Shown in pieces: positions 19,299-29,828 of a stretch of 32,000 nt of DNA. A program made the position numbers and the translations under genes. The notes below the pieces were generated by a model, which was not told the origin of the DNA, did no database searches, and saw only the letters and a list, made by a program, of their open reading frames with translations. Each line of letters opens with the position of its first letter. Position 1 is the stretch's first letter. This DNA is from Methanococcus maripaludis (GTDB taxonomy: Archaea > AGJL01 > Methanococci > Methanococcales > Methanococcaceae), in the NCBI RefSeq assembly GCF_002945325.1, contig NZ_CP026606.1, forward strand, positions 930,001-962,000, given 5' to 3'.

Positions 19299-20183
19299 TT
19301 ATTCTCTTACGACCATTGTACCCACGCCATCTTCCGTGAAAATTTCAAGAAGAACTGCATGAGGTGTTTTTCCATTTACTATGTGCACACTTTGAACGCC
19401 TTTGTTTAATGCATTGATACATGCTTCAATTTTTGGAATCATACCGCCAGTAATAAGTCCTTTTTCAATCATGTCTTCAATTTGAGGAATGGTTAATCTT
19501 CTGTGAAGTGTAGACGGATCATTTATATCATCCATTATTCCATCGACATCGGTAACCATTATAAGTTTTTCTGCATCCATTGCACCCGCAATGTCTCCTG
19601 CAGCAATGTCTGCGTTTAGATTCAAGTCATTTCCCTGGTGATCGACACCTATTGGTGAAATTACCGGAATGTACCTTTTTTCAACCAGTATGTCTATTAA
19701 TTTTGTATCGACGTGTTCGACTTCCCCGACCATTCCAAGATCTACTTCGATTTTTTGACTGTCTTTCATTAAATACTGGATTTTTTTCTTTGCTTTAATT
19801 AATTGACCTGATTTTCCAGAAAGACCGACAGATTTTCCGCCGTATCGTTCTAATTTTGAAACAATGTCGCCATTTATTTTACCAATAAGAACCATTTTAA
19901 CAATATCAAGTGTTTCTTCATCAGTTACACGAAGCCCGTGAATAAATTCAGGGGTTTTTCCCATTTTTTCCATCGCACGATTGATTTCAGGGCCGCCACC
20001 GTGTACTACTATCGGGTTTATGCCAACATATTTCAAAAGCACGAGGTCTTTTGCAATCCAGTTCTTTGCCTGCTCGTTTACCATAGCGTGGCCGCCGTAC
20101 TTAATTAAAATCTTCTGATCGTGAAATTTACAGATGTAAGGCAGGGCTTCGATTAAAATTTCTGCTTTTGTGTAGTCTTCCAT
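19299..20183 (-). CDS. argB: Acetylglutamate kinase
   Basis: Amino acid kinase motifs ILIKYGGHAM and VVHGGGPEI. 294 aa, ArgB-like throughout. Confidence 0.93.
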   Translation of the reverse strand: MEDYTKAEILIEALPYICKFHDQKILIKYGGHAMVNEQAKNWIAKDLVLLKYVGINPIVVHGGGPEINRAMEKMGKTPEFIHGLRVTDEETLDIVKMVLIGKINGDIVSKLERYGGKSVGLSGKSGQLIKAKKKIQYLMKDSQKIEVDLGMVGEVEHVDTKLIDILVEKRYIPVISPIGVDHQGNDLNLNADIAAGDIAGAMDAEKLIMVTDVDGIMDDINDPSTLHRRLTIPQIEDMIEKGLITGGMIPKIEACINALNKGVQSVHIVNGKTPHAVLLEIFTEDGVGTMVVRE

Positions 20184-20277
20184 GTTACCCGCTCACCAAA
20201 ATATTTAAATATTGTTTTTTCATATTCTATATGATTTAATATTTATACATTTTTTAATCCATGCGGAGGTGCATACT

Positions 20278-20529
20278 ATGGAAGAAGAAAGAATCTATAC
20301 AATCCCTTTGAGAGACGTAACAAACAAAAGCCCTACAACAAAAAGAGCTCCAAGAGCTATAAGGGCAATTAGGGAGTTCTTGAAGAAACACATGAAATCA
20401 GATATTGTAAAACTTGACAATACAATAAACGAAAAAGTATGGGAAAGAAGCTTAAACAAAATCCCTGCTAAAGTTAGAGTTAAAGTTGTAAAAGAAGGAG
20501 ATGTTGTTAAAGCAACATTAGTAGAATAA
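20278..20529 (+). CDS. rpl31e: 50S ribosomal protein L31e
   Basis: [14 protein letters not shown]...[18 protein letters not shown]. The ATG at 20278 has GGAGGTG upstream. I rejected the upstream extension to 20212. Confidence 0.9.
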   Translation: MEEERIYTIPLRDVTNKSPTTKRAPRAIRAIREFLKKHMKSDIVKLDNTINEKVWERSLNKIPAKVRVKVVKEGDVVKATLVE

Positions 20530-20565
20530 TCTACCTGCTTCTTTCTTTAGAAACACTGTGGTACT

Positions 20566-21249
20566 ATGATAATGAAAACATATTTTTCTGGAGTGTCCAC
20601 ACCAGGAGTACATTCACTCGCAACTGAAGATTATGGGTTTTTTCCTCTTTCAGTTGATCAAAAAACGATGGAACGTATGAAAAACGTACTCGACATTCCT
20701 GCAACCCAATTAAACATTTCAAACAGCTCTTTAATAGGCTCCTTATGTGTTGGAAACTCCAACGGACTTTTAGTACCTAACATAACGACTGAAAAAGAAC
20801 TTGAATTAATTAAAATGTTTTTAAAAGAAAACAGTCTGGACGTTAATTTAGAAAGACTTAAAGCTAAAAACACGGCATTTGGTAACTTAATATTAACTAA
20901 CAATAAAGGATGCATAATTTCGGAAGAATTATCCAGATTTAGAAAAACTATTGAGGATGTACTAGACGTAGAATCCGGAGTAGGAAACTACGCTGAACTC
21001 CCAACAGTTGGTTCAAATGGAGTTGCAACCGATAAAGGATGCCTGGTTCACCCACTAACTGATGAATTAGAATTAGAATGGATTCAAGACATTTTAAGAG
21101 TGGACTATGTTGAAAGAGGCACTGCAAATAGGGGCGTAACTTCAGTTGGCGCGTGCATTCTCGCAAACACCAAAGGAGCTGTTGTCGGAGGCGACACGTC
21201 AGGTCCTGAAATCTTAAAAATTGAAGAAGCTCTAGATTTAATAGATTAA
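20566..21249 (+). CDS. eif6: Translation initiation factor 6 (aIF6)
   Basis: Five-fold pseudo-repeat eIF6-like sequence ([37 protein letters not shown]). Confidence 0.93.
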   Translation: MIMKTYFSGVSTPGVHSLATEDYGFFPLSVDQKTMERMKNVLDIPATQLNISNSSLIGSLCVGNSNGLLVPNITTEKELELIKMFLKENSLDVNLERLKAKNTAFGNLILTNNKGCIISEELSRFRKTIEDVLDVESGVGNYAELPTVGSNGVATDKGCLVHPLTDELELEWIQDILRVDYVERGTANRGVTSVGACILANTKGAVVGGDTSGPEILKIEEALDLID

Positions 21250-21267
21250 TATTATTTTGGTGATAAT

Positions 21268-21498
21268 ATGGCAAAAATCGTAAGAATAAAAGGAGAAATC
21301 GTTGGAAAAGATGAACCAATGGTATTTACAAAAGAATACAACGTTTTAAAAGAAAATGATGCTTTAGAAACCATGTATTCAGAAATTGGCAGCAAACATG
21401 CTGTAAAAAGAGCAAATATCAAAGTTGTAGAAATTTCAGAAATTTCTGTAGAAGAAATTCAAAGCCCGATTTTGAAAAAAACTCTTGAAATGAACTAA
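21268..21498 (+). CDS. rplX: 50S ribosomal protein LX (L18Ae/L20A family)
   Basis: 76 aa. Position follows L31e-aIF6 as in the conserved archaeal cluster. GGTGAT RBS. Confidence 0.85.
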   Translation: MAKIVRIKGEIVGKDEPMVFTKEYNVLKENDALETMYSEIGSKHAVKRANIKVVEISEISVEEIQSPILKKTLEMN

Positions 21499-21606
21499 TT
21501 ATTTTACTCTTTTTAAATTGTTTTGATTTCAATTGAAACTATTTTATATAATTTAAACAGAATATAATTTTACGATTATATTAACTTGTTTTATTCAGGT
21601 GATTTT

Positions 21607-22029
21607 ATGTCTGAAGAACGGATACAGTTTAACGCTAAAAAAGGAAAATGGTACGTTTCTAAAAAAATCAAAATTGATGAAAATACATCCAACGAAGAAA
21701 TTGCTAGAGTTTTAGCTTCGATCGAAGAAACACTCTCTATAAAAATAAAAGATTTTTTGCCGTTTGACATGGAAAAACTCAGGGCAATTGCTGATGAAAT
21801 ATACGAAAAGAAAAAGGGAAGAGTTAAAGAAGAAGATATTTCAGGAGCATTAACAAAATTAAAGTCTCCAGGAACTACAAAAAAATTGGGAACAATTGAT
21901 GATACAAAAGAAGGAAAAGAAATTTTAAAAAGACTTCTTACAGAAATTGTTTTAGAAAGACTAGGAATAACTTCAAAAATCGAAGCTAAAATGATTGAAA
22001 AATACATTGAAAAATCAAAGGCCAAATAA
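21607..22029 (+). CDS. Hypothetical K/E-rich protein (140 aa)
   Basis: The ATG at 21607 is preceded by AGGTGA. I recognise no motif. The mirror ORF on the minus strand is judged an artefact. Confidence 0.55.
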   Translation: MSEERIQFNAKKGKWYVSKKIKIDENTSNEEIARVLASIEETLSIKIKDFLPFDMEKLRAIADEIYEKKKGRVKEEDISGALTKLKSPGTTKKLGTIDDTKEGKEILKRLLTEIVLERLGITSKIEAKMIEKYIEKSKAK

Positions 22030-22091
22030 ACCTTTAAAACTAAAATAAAACTCTTTTTTTGAAATTTAAAAAATTTAAAAAAGTTATTTAA

Positions 22092-23066
<975 letters not shown>

Positions 23067-23191
23067 CTATTTCTAGAGTTTTAATATAACAAGTATAATT
23101 ACTAATCAGCAATATAATGTACTTTCTATTCTCAATAAATAGAAAATTATATATATTAAAGGAGCTACAGCGAAATTTTGACCGATTAATA

Positions 23192-23217
23192 AACGTATTA
23201 CCCCAATTAACGTATTA
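23192..23217. repeat. Direct repeat AACGTATTA (23192-23200 and 23209-23217), each inside a short A/T inverted repeat
   Basis: Read directly. It lies immediately upstream of a TTTTATATA box at about 23233-23241 and about 70-90 nt upstream of the cofH-1 start. Confidence 0.7.
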
Positions 23218-23283
23218 ATTAGCTATACTCAATTTTATATACGAAAAAGCCCAATTGGAACTTAGAAATTATCCGGTGATTTG

Positions 23284-24360
23284 ATGGATTTAATGTCCTT
23301 TAAAGAAAGAGAAATCTCAAAAAAAGACTGCGTTGAATTATTTGAAGATACAGAAAACTTTTTTGATATCTTAAAACTTGCAGATTCCATTAGAAAAGAT
23401 ATTGTCGGGGATACGGTTACTTTTGTAAAAAACACAAATATCGAAACCACAAACGTCTGTACCATGGGATGTAAATTCTGTGCATTCAGCGTTTCAAAAA
23501 ACAGCCCCGAAGCTTTCAAATTGGATGCGGATGAGATTGCTAAAAAAGCAGTTATTGCTAAAAAATCAGGACTTACAGAAGTTACAATCCACGGCGGAAT
23601 TCACCCTGATGTCGATACACACTTCCAAGTTGAAACAATAAATAAAGTAAACAGCGCAACTTCGAAACTCGGTGGAATATATACCCACGCATACTCCCCA
23701 CAGGAAATATTAAATGGCGCCGAAAATGCAGGACTTAGTATAAACGAAGCCTTAAAAATGTTAAATGAAGCAGGTTTAAGAACAATTCCTGGAACTGCTG
23801 CTGAAATACTCGATGATGAAGTAAGATCTGACATCTGTCCTTTGAAAATGTCTACTAAAAAATGGATAGATATCATGAAAACTGCGCATAAAACCGGAAT
23901 TAAAACAACTTCTACAATAATCTACGGTCATGTTGAAGAATACAAACATATTGTAGATCATTTATCAATCTTAAAAGAAATCCAGAAAGAAACCGGCGGT
24001 ATTACAGAATTTATTCCAATGTCATTTTTACATGAAAATACGCCCCTTTACAAATCCGGAAGAGTTACAGACGGTGCATCTGGACTTTATGAGTTAAAAC
24101 TCTATGCAATTGCTAGAATTTTATTTAAGGAAACTATCAAAAATATTCAGGCACCAAGAGTAAAAATTGGAACGAAATTGAGTCAGTTAATTTTAAAATC
24201 CGGTGCAAACGATCTTGGTGGAACTTTAGTAGAAGATAAAGTTTCAAAAGCTGCAGGAAGTATCTATGAAGATGCAAGCGTAGATTTAATGAGAAATGCA
24301 ATTACAAGCATTGGAAGAATTCCAAAAGAAAGAACAACACTTTATGAAATAATTGAATAA
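23284..24360 (+). CDS. cofH: FO synthase subunit CofH-like radical SAM protein, paralog 1 (the more divergent copy)
   Basis: Radical SAM motif CTMGCKFC. Conserved PGTAAEILDDEVR and YGHVE segments. The start is the ATG at 23284 (or 23293), after GGTGAT. Confidence 0.85.
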   Translation: MDLMSFKEREISKKDCVELFEDTENFFDILKLADSIRKDIVGDTVTFVKNTNIETTNVCTMGCKFCAFSVSKNSPEAFKLDADEIAKKAVIAKKSGLTEVTIHGGIHPDVDTHFQVETINKVNSATSKLGGIYTHAYSPQEILNGAENAGLSINEALKMLNEAGLRTIPGTAAEILDDEVRSDICPLKMSTKKWIDIMKTAHKTGIKTTSTIIYGHVEEYKHIVDHLSILKEIQKETGGITEFIPMSFLHENTPLYKSGRVTDGASGLYELKLYAIARILFKETIKNIQAPRVKIGTKLSQLILKSGANDLGGTLVEDKVSKAAGSIYEDASVDLMRNAITSIGRIPKERTTLYEIIE

Positions 24361-24475
24361 AATCCCTATTTTCCGTTTTTTAATGATTTAGTCCTGAATT
24401 AGCAGTTAATATCATCGAAATATTTAAATATTAAAAAATAGTCTTGAAGATATTTATAGATCGATTGGTGATTTG

Positions 24476-25555
24476 ATGGATTTGATGTCTTTTAAAGAAA
24501 AAGAAATCTCAAAAAAAGACTGCGTTGAATTATTTGAAGATACTGAAAACTTTTTTGATATATTGAAACTTGCAGATTCTCTTAGAAAGGATATTGCAGG
24601 TGACACGGTTACTTACGTTGTTAATGCAAATATTAACTTTACAAATGTCTGTAGTGGAACATGCAAATTCTGTGCATTTAAAGCAGAACACGGCGATCCA
24701 AACGCGTTTTTTTTAAGTCCTGAACAAGTTGCTAAAAAAGCACTCGAAGCTAGAAAAACGGGTGCTACTGAAGTTTGTATTCAAGGCGGCCTTTTAAAAG
24801 AAATTGATACCTATTTTCAAGCTGAAATCCTAAAAAAAGTCAAAGAAATCACCAAAACCTATGGGGGAATTGATGTGCATGCATTTTCCCCAATGGAAGT
24901 TAAATCCGCTGCAGAAAATGCGGGATTAAGTGTAAAAGAAGCTTTAAAAATTTTAAAAGAAAATGGTTTAAACAGCATGCCTGGAACTGCTGCTGAGATT
25001 CTGGATGATGAAGTAAGGTCTGAAATCTGCCCTACAAAATTAAAAACTTCTGAATGGATTGATGTTGTATCAACTGCACATAAAACTGGAATTAATACAA
25101 CTTGCACAATGATGTACGGCCATATCGAAGAAAATAAGCATCTTGCAGAACATTTATCAATTTTAAGAAAAATCCAAAAAGAAACTGGCGGTTTTACAGA
25201 ATTTGTGCCATTAACCTTTTTACATGAAAATGCGCCACTTCACCACATGGACCGAGTAAAAAGTGGAGCTTCTGGAATGCTTGATTTAAAAGTTTACGCA
25301 ATTTCAAGAATTTTCTTTAAAGATTATATCAAAAACATACAAACCTCCTGGGTAAAACTTGGAACAAAATTAAGCCAGATTTCATTGAATTGTGGTGCAA
25401 ACGATATCGGTGGAACTTTAATGGAAGAAAGCATTTCAAAAGCTGCTGGCGGAAGCTACGGAACGTACATGAGCGAAGAAAAATTAAAAGACATGGTTTT
25501 AGCAGTTGGAAGAATTCCAAAACAGAGAAACACATGTTACGAAATTATAGAATAA
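24476..25555 (+). CDS. cofH: FO synthase subunit CofH (5-amino-6-(D-ribitylamino)uracil-L-tyrosine 4-hydroxyphenyl transferase), paralog 2
   Basis: NINFTNVCSGTCKFCAF, CIQGG, PGTAAEILDDEVR, YGHIE. GGTGAT RBS. Confidence 0.9.
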   Translation: MDLMSFKEKEISKKDCVELFEDTENFFDILKLADSLRKDIAGDTVTYVVNANINFTNVCSGTCKFCAFKAEHGDPNAFFLSPEQVAKKALEARKTGATEVCIQGGLLKEIDTYFQAEILKKVKEITKTYGGIDVHAFSPMEVKSAAENAGLSVKEALKILKENGLNSMPGTAAEILDDEVRSEICPTKLKTSEWIDVVSTAHKTGINTTCTMMYGHIEENKHLAEHLSILRKIQKETGGFTEFVPLTFLHENAPLHHMDRVKSGASGMLDLKVYAISRIFFKDYIKNIQTSWVKLGTKLSQISLNCGANDIGGTLMEESISKAAGGSYGTYMSEEKLKDMVLAVGRIPKQRNTCYEIIE

Positions 25556-25662
25556 ATAAAATAGATTTCCCCAATTTACTTTTCTTAACCTAAACTTACT
25601 TATTCTTTAAAACACTATTTTAAACTGTTTTTAAATCTTAAAAAATATTTAACTGTGAAAAT

Positions 25663-26142
25663 ATGGAAATAAAAAGAAGATACATGTTAAAAAAGAAAGA
25701 ATTAAAGGAATTAAAAGAAGAACTTGGAAATATTTTTGACGTTGAAAAAATAATTCCAAAAAAAGCAGTTGTTGAAAAAGCTGTAACCGAAGAAGGCGAA
25801 ATAATCCTTTTAGACGGAACTCCTCTTGCAATGGTAAACAGCGGGAGAATATTTCCAACACTCAAATTCCTTTTAGAAATGGATATTGAAAACAACAGGG
25901 TTATTGTAGACATGGGTGCTGTAAAATTCATCGCAAACGGTGCAGACATTATGGCCCCTGGAATCGTCGGAGCTGACGAAGATATAAAAGAAGGGGACAT
26001 TGTTTTTGTAGTTGACGTAACTCACAAAAAGCCATTATCTGTTGGAGAAGCTTTAATGGATGGAAAAACAATGGTTGAAGAAAAAAAAGGAAAAGCGATC
26101 AAAACCATTCATTTTATTGGCGATGAAATCTGGAAAATGTAA
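25663..26142 (+). CDS. PUA domain RNA-binding protein
   Basis: C-terminal PUA-like segment VDMGAVKFIANGADIMAPGIV...GDIVFVVDVTHKKPLSVGEAL. Confidence 0.8.
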   Translation: MEIKRRYMLKKKELKELKEELGNIFDVEKIIPKKAVVEKAVTEEGEIILLDGTPLAMVNSGRIFPTLKFLLEMDIENNRVIVDMGAVKFIANGADIMAPGIVGADEDIKEGDIVFVVDVTHKKPLSVGEALMDGKTMVEEKKGKAIKTIHFIGDEIWKM

Positions 26143-26155
26143 AAAATAGATTATT

Positions 26156-26764
26156 ATGATAGAAATAATTGAAATAAATGGGATAAAGATAAAAACACAC
26201 CCTAAAGTATACGTTCCTGCGGAAGACAGCGAACTTTTAATAGAAAATTTAGTCGATGTACAAAATAAAACAGTCCTTGACGTGGGAACTGGAAGCGGAA
26301 TTCAGGCAATAAATGCCGTAAAACAGGGTGCTTTAAAAGTTATTGGGATCGATATAAATCCATATGCAGTAGAGTGTGCAAAAATCAATTCAGAATTAAA
26401 CGAAATTGATTCCAAAAAACTTTCCTTTAAAACAGGCGACCTCTTCAAAAATATTGATGAAAAATTTGACGTAATTTTATTCAATGCACCATACCTTCCA
26501 ACTTCTGACGAGGAAAAATTAGAAAAATATTTAAATTACGCTTTTGATGGCGGAAAAGACGGAAGAGAAGTTTTGGATAAGTTTTTAGATGAAGTAGCCA
26601 ACTATTTAAAAAAAGATGGAATTATTCAGATTCTTCAATCATCACTTACCGATGGAAATAAAACCATTGAAAAAATGGAAAAATTAGGATTTGTTGCGAA
26701 ACAAACCGGGTCTTTAAAATTTTCATTTGAAGAATTACAGGTGATTACAGGGTGGAAAAAATGA
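26156..26764 (+). CDS. HemK-related archaeal class I SAM methyltransferase
   Basis: SAM motif [12 protein letters not shown] and catalytic-loop motif FNAPY (a variant of NPPY). Confidence 0.8.
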   Translation: MIEIIEINGIKIKTHPKVYVPAEDSELLIENLVDVQNKTVLDVGTGSGIQAINAVKQGALKVIGIDINPYAVECAKINSELNEIDSKKLSFKTGDLFKNIDEKFDVILFNAPYLPTSDEEKLEKYLNYAFDGGKDGREVLDKFLDEVANYLKKDGIIQILQSSLTDGNKTIEKMEKLGFVAKQTGSLKFSFEELQVITGWKK

Positions 26765-27501
26765 AAGCTTTTGAAATCATAGAACTAATTGAAAAGTTTG
26801 CTCCAAAAGAACTTGCCGTACCCAGGGACAATATCGGCCTTCAGGTTGGATTAAACCTTGAAAAGGAAGTTGAAACATTAGGAATTGCACTTGACCCGTC
26901 CTTAGAAGTTATAAAAAAAGCAGAATCTGAAAACGTGGACTTTTTGTTTACCCACCACCCGATTTTAAAAGATCCAATAAGAAATTTTACAGGGCCAATT
27001 TACAAAAAACTCAAAATATTAACTAAAAAAGATATTCCACTTTACAGTGCACATACAAACCTGGATATTTGTAAAAACGGACTTAATGACTGTTTAGCTG
27101 AATTATATAATTTAAAAGATGTTAAAAATTTATATGAAGATGGTCTTGGAAGAGTTGGAACATTTGATGGAACTTTTGAAGATATTTTAAAAATTACGAA
27201 AGAAAATATATTCGCAGTTCCACAAACTGTCGTTCCTAAAAGCATATATGATAAAAAACAGTTAAAAGTGGCAGTTCTTTCAGGATACGGGCTTTCGCAA
27301 GATTCTATTAAATATGTATCAAATTTTGCAGATGTTTACATTTCTGGAGATTTAACTCACCACTCAAAAATCATTGCAGAAGAACTAGGGATAACAGTTA
27401 TCGATGGAACTCACTACGGAACCGAAGTTTACGGCTTAAAATCATTTTTAAAATATTTAGAAAAGAACATTCCTTGTAAAACAGTATCATTAGATTTTTA
27501 A
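26761..27501 (+). CDS. Nif3-like dinuclear metal centre protein (GTP cyclohydrolase 1 type 2 homolog family)
   Basis: FTHHP, SAHTNLD and GDLTHH metal-ligand motifs. The ATG at 26761 forms an ATGA overlap with the upstream stop. Confidence 0.85.
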   Translation: MKAFEIIELIEKFAPKELAVPRDNIGLQVGLNLEKEVETLGIALDPSLEVIKKAESENVDFLFTHHPILKDPIRNFTGPIYKKLKILTKKDIPLYSAHTNLDICKNGLNDCLAELYNLKDVKNLYEDGLGRVGTFDGTFEDILKITKENIFAVPQTVVPKSIYDKKQLKVAVLSGYGLSQDSIKYVSNFADVYISGDLTHHSKIIAEELGITVIDGTHYGTEVYGLKSFLKYLEKNIPCKTVSLDF

Positions 27502-27590
27502 ATATATTTAAGCTCTTTTTTGCAGATTTTCTACTTAAATTAAATCATAAATTTATTATACCAATTAAAAACCATAATATATATGTCACT

Positions 27591-27614
27591 ATTTATAATC
27601 ACCATTTATAATCA
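27591..27614 (+). repeat. Tandem direct repeat ATTTATAATCA (27591-27601 and 27604-27614), which gives two TATA boxes 13 bp apart
   Basis: Read directly. Located 18-41 nt upstream of the ATG at 27632. Confidence 0.8.
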
Positions 27615-27631
27615 TTTTTAACGGTGTAACT

Positions 27632-28543
27632 ATGGAACTTACAATAGTTCAGAAAGAAATACTTCAAGAATTAATTTCAATTTATAGGGAAAAAAATAAA
27701 GCTGTAAAGGGAACAGAAATTGCAGTTAAATTAAGTAGAAACCCAGGAACGATTAGAAACCAGATGCAGGCTTTAAGAGCACTAAATCTTGTTGATGGGG
27801 TTCCAGGTCCAAAAGGAGGATACATTCCAACGAGTTTAACCTACCGTTCACTCGGACTTGAAACAGAAGAAGAAATTACAGTTCCAATTTACAAAAGAGA
27901 CGACCTCGTTGAAGGAGTTAGTGTCATAAAAATCGTATTTGACACAGTTACAAGAGAAAAATCATGCTCTTCAAAAATTTACGTTAATGGGGACACTAGG
28001 AAATTTTCAGAAGGAGATGTTGTAAAAGTTGGGCCAACGCACCACAACAAAATTGTGATTTTGGGTAGGGTCGTTGGAAGAGATGATATAAACCATATCC
28101 TTTTAATGGATGTAATAAGTGTTGCAAGCGTTCCAGGAATCACTGTTGGGGATGTTGGAATAAAAGAAGAATTGATATACATAACTCCTGAAAAAACGAT
28201 TCGAGATGCCGCAAAACTACTTTCAGATGCAAATATCAGTGGAATTCCTGTAATGGATGGAAAAAAACTTCTTGGAGTATTGAGTCTTCATGATGTCGCA
28301 GATGCAGTTTCAAGAGGCCTTGAAAATGAAAATGTGACAAAATTAATGGCTGAAACGATACACACAATCTCAAAAAACGAGAAAATATATGATGCATTAA
28401 TTTTAATGGAAAAACATAATGTAGGACGGTTAATTGTACTGGATAATGAAGAAATCGCAATTGGAATTCTTACAAGAACAGATATTCTGAATTTAATCGA
28501 AGGTACAATCTTTCCAAAAATTCTAAAAAAGTATTTAAAATAA
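27632..28543 (+). CDS. HrcA-like winged-HTH plus tandem CBS domain protein (putative ligand-sensing regulator)
   Basis: N-terminus KGTEIAVKLSRNPGTIRNQMQALRALNLVDGVPGPKGGYIPT. C-terminal CBS pair (ISGIPVMDGKKLLGVLSLHDV, VGRLIVLDNEEIAIGILTRTDIL). Confidence 0.8.
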   Translation: MELTIVQKEILQELISIYREKNKAVKGTEIAVKLSRNPGTIRNQMQALRALNLVDGVPGPKGGYIPTSLTYRSLGLETEEEITVPIYKRDDLVEGVSVIKIVFDTVTREKSCSSKIYVNGDTRKFSEGDVVKVGPTHHNKIVILGRVVGRDDINHILLMDVISVASVPGITVGDVGIKEELIYITPEKTIRDAAKLLSDANISGIPVMDGKKLLGVLSLHDVADAVSRGLENENVTKLMAETIHTISKNEKIYDALILMEKHNVGRLIVLDNEEIAIGILTRTDILNLIEGTIFPKILKKYLK

Positions 28544-28544
28544 G

Positions 28545-28835
28545 TTATTTCATTCTTTTCTTGAATTCTTCACTTAATTCTTCATAGGTAATTCCTGATT
28601 TTGCAAGAAGGACCATTGTATGAAAAATTAAATCCGCGCTTTCGTAAATTATTTCTGCTTTATCGTTGTCTTTTGCTGCAATAATAACTTCTGCAGCTTC
28701 TTCACCGACTTTTTCACAGATTTTATTTACTGCAGTTTTTTTGCCATCCGTTGTTAATTTAGCAACGTAAGAGCCTTCGGGTTTTTCTTCGATTCTTTTT
28801 TCGATCGTAGCATATACTTCTTTTAAAACATTCAT
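28545..28835 (-). CDS. hisE: Phosphoribosyl-ATP pyrophosphohydrolase
   Basis: 96 aa MazG-like protein: SYVAKL...[14 protein letters not shown]...[13 protein letters not shown]. Confidence 0.9.
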   Translation of the reverse strand: MNVLKEVYATIEKRIEEKPEGSYVAKLTTDGKKTAVNKICEKVGEEAAEVIIAAKDNDKAEIIYESADLIFHTMVLLAKSGITYEELSEEFKKRMK

Positions 28836-28872
28836 AAAATCACTAAAAAAGATTTATAAATTTAATTTTAAA

Positions 28873-29286
28873 TTATTGAATTTCTTTAAGTCTTTTTACC
28901 ATTTTAACAGCAGCTTCTACTGCGTTTTTACCGTAATCAATTCTATCTTCAGCCTGCATTCTTGTCATTCCAGGTCCCGCAATTCCAAGTGCAACTGGTT
29001 TTCCAAAGTCTAAAGATAAATCTGCAATTTTTCTTGCCGCGTTTTGAACTACAATTTCATCGTGTTCAGTATCTCCTTCGATAACGCATCCAATTGTAAC
29101 AACTGCATCGATGTCGTCTTTTTGAAGAAGTGTTTTGATTGCAAGAGGCATGTCAAATGATCCTGGAACCATTATTTTGTGGGAAACATTTGCACCTAAA
29201 AATTCAGCATGTTCTTCTGCCATTTTTTCCATCATGAATGTTAAATCCCTGTTGAATTCTGCGATAACAAATCCTAAGTTGACCAT
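28873..29286 (-). CDS. ribH: 6,7-dimethyl-8-ribityllumazine synthase
   Basis: 137 aa, archaeal RibH-like (VPGSFDMPLA, GCVIEGDTEHDEIV). Confidence 0.93.
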   Translation of the reverse strand: MVNLGFVIAEFNRDLTFMMEKMAEEHAEFLGANVSHKIMVPGSFDMPLAIKTLLQKDDIDAVVTIGCVIEGDTEHDEIVVQNAARKIADLSLDFGKPVALGIAGPGMTRMQAEDRIDYGKNAVEAAVKMVKRLKEIQ

Positions 29287-29334
29287 TTTTTCACCCTATT
29301 GATTTACAATAATAGTCTCATTGATTTTTAAACA

Positions 29335-29790
29335 TTATAAGTTTTTTGATAGTTCAAGATAGTTTTTTGCATTCTCTTTTATAGAATTTATTTCTTCATC
29401 AGTTAAAGTTCTTACAACTTTTCCAGGAACCCCTAAAACCATGCTATTTGGTGGAATTTCTTTATTTTGTGATACAAGTGCATTTGCGCCAATTATTGAG
29501 TTTTTACCGATTTTTGCGCCGTTTAGTACAGTTGAATTCATTCCAACGAGTACATTGTCTTCAATGGTACACCCGTGAATTACTGCACCATGCCCTACTG
29601 AAACGCCTTTTCCAATAAAAACAGGATAATCTTTTGAACAGTGCACAGTACAGTTATCCTGCACGTTTGAATCATCATCTATTTTTATTTTATTAATATC
29701 TGCCCGTAATACTGCTCCATACCAGATATTTACGTTTTTACCGAGTTCAACATCCCCAATAACAACCGCATTTTTCGCAATCTTCGCCAT
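29335..29790 (-). CDS. Gamma-class carbonic anhydrase-like hexapeptide-repeat protein
   Basis: Left-handed beta-helix repeats with the His ligand pattern (VHCS..., VGHGAVIHG). The ATG at 29790 follows GGTGAT. The TTG extension to 29814 is rejected. Confidence 0.85.
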   Translation of the reverse strand: MAKIAKNAVVIGDVELGKNVNIWYGAVLRADINKIKIDDDSNVQDNCTVHCSKDYPVFIGKGVSVGHGAVIHGCTIEDNVLVGMNSTVLNGAKIGKNSIIGANALVSQNKEIPPNSMVLGVPGKVVRTLTDEEINSIKENAKNYLELSKNL

Positions 29791-29828
29791 TATATCACCA
29801 ATACATCCAATCAATATAAAAATTAAAA

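Noticed and set aside
20212-20277. The N-terminal extension of L31e in the ORF track ([22 protein letters not shown]...).
   Set aside because: The extension starts at a non-ATG codon inside the AT-rich promoter region. GGAGGTG lies immediately before the ATG at 20278, and the conserved L31e sequence begins there.
20948-21319. The minus-strand 123-aa ORF across the aIF6/LX junction, and ORF 20658-20915.
   Set aside because: They are antisense to two highly recognisable translation genes. The translations are Leu/Gln/Arg-rich repeats with no signals.
21591-22025. A 144-aa minus-strand ORF almost exactly co-extensive with the plus-strand hypothetical gene.
   Set aside because: It is the mirror image of a GAA/AAA-rich coding region (Phe/Ser/Ile-rich translation). 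Only the plus strand has an AGGTGA RBS, and only it follows the r-protein cluster in the same orientation.
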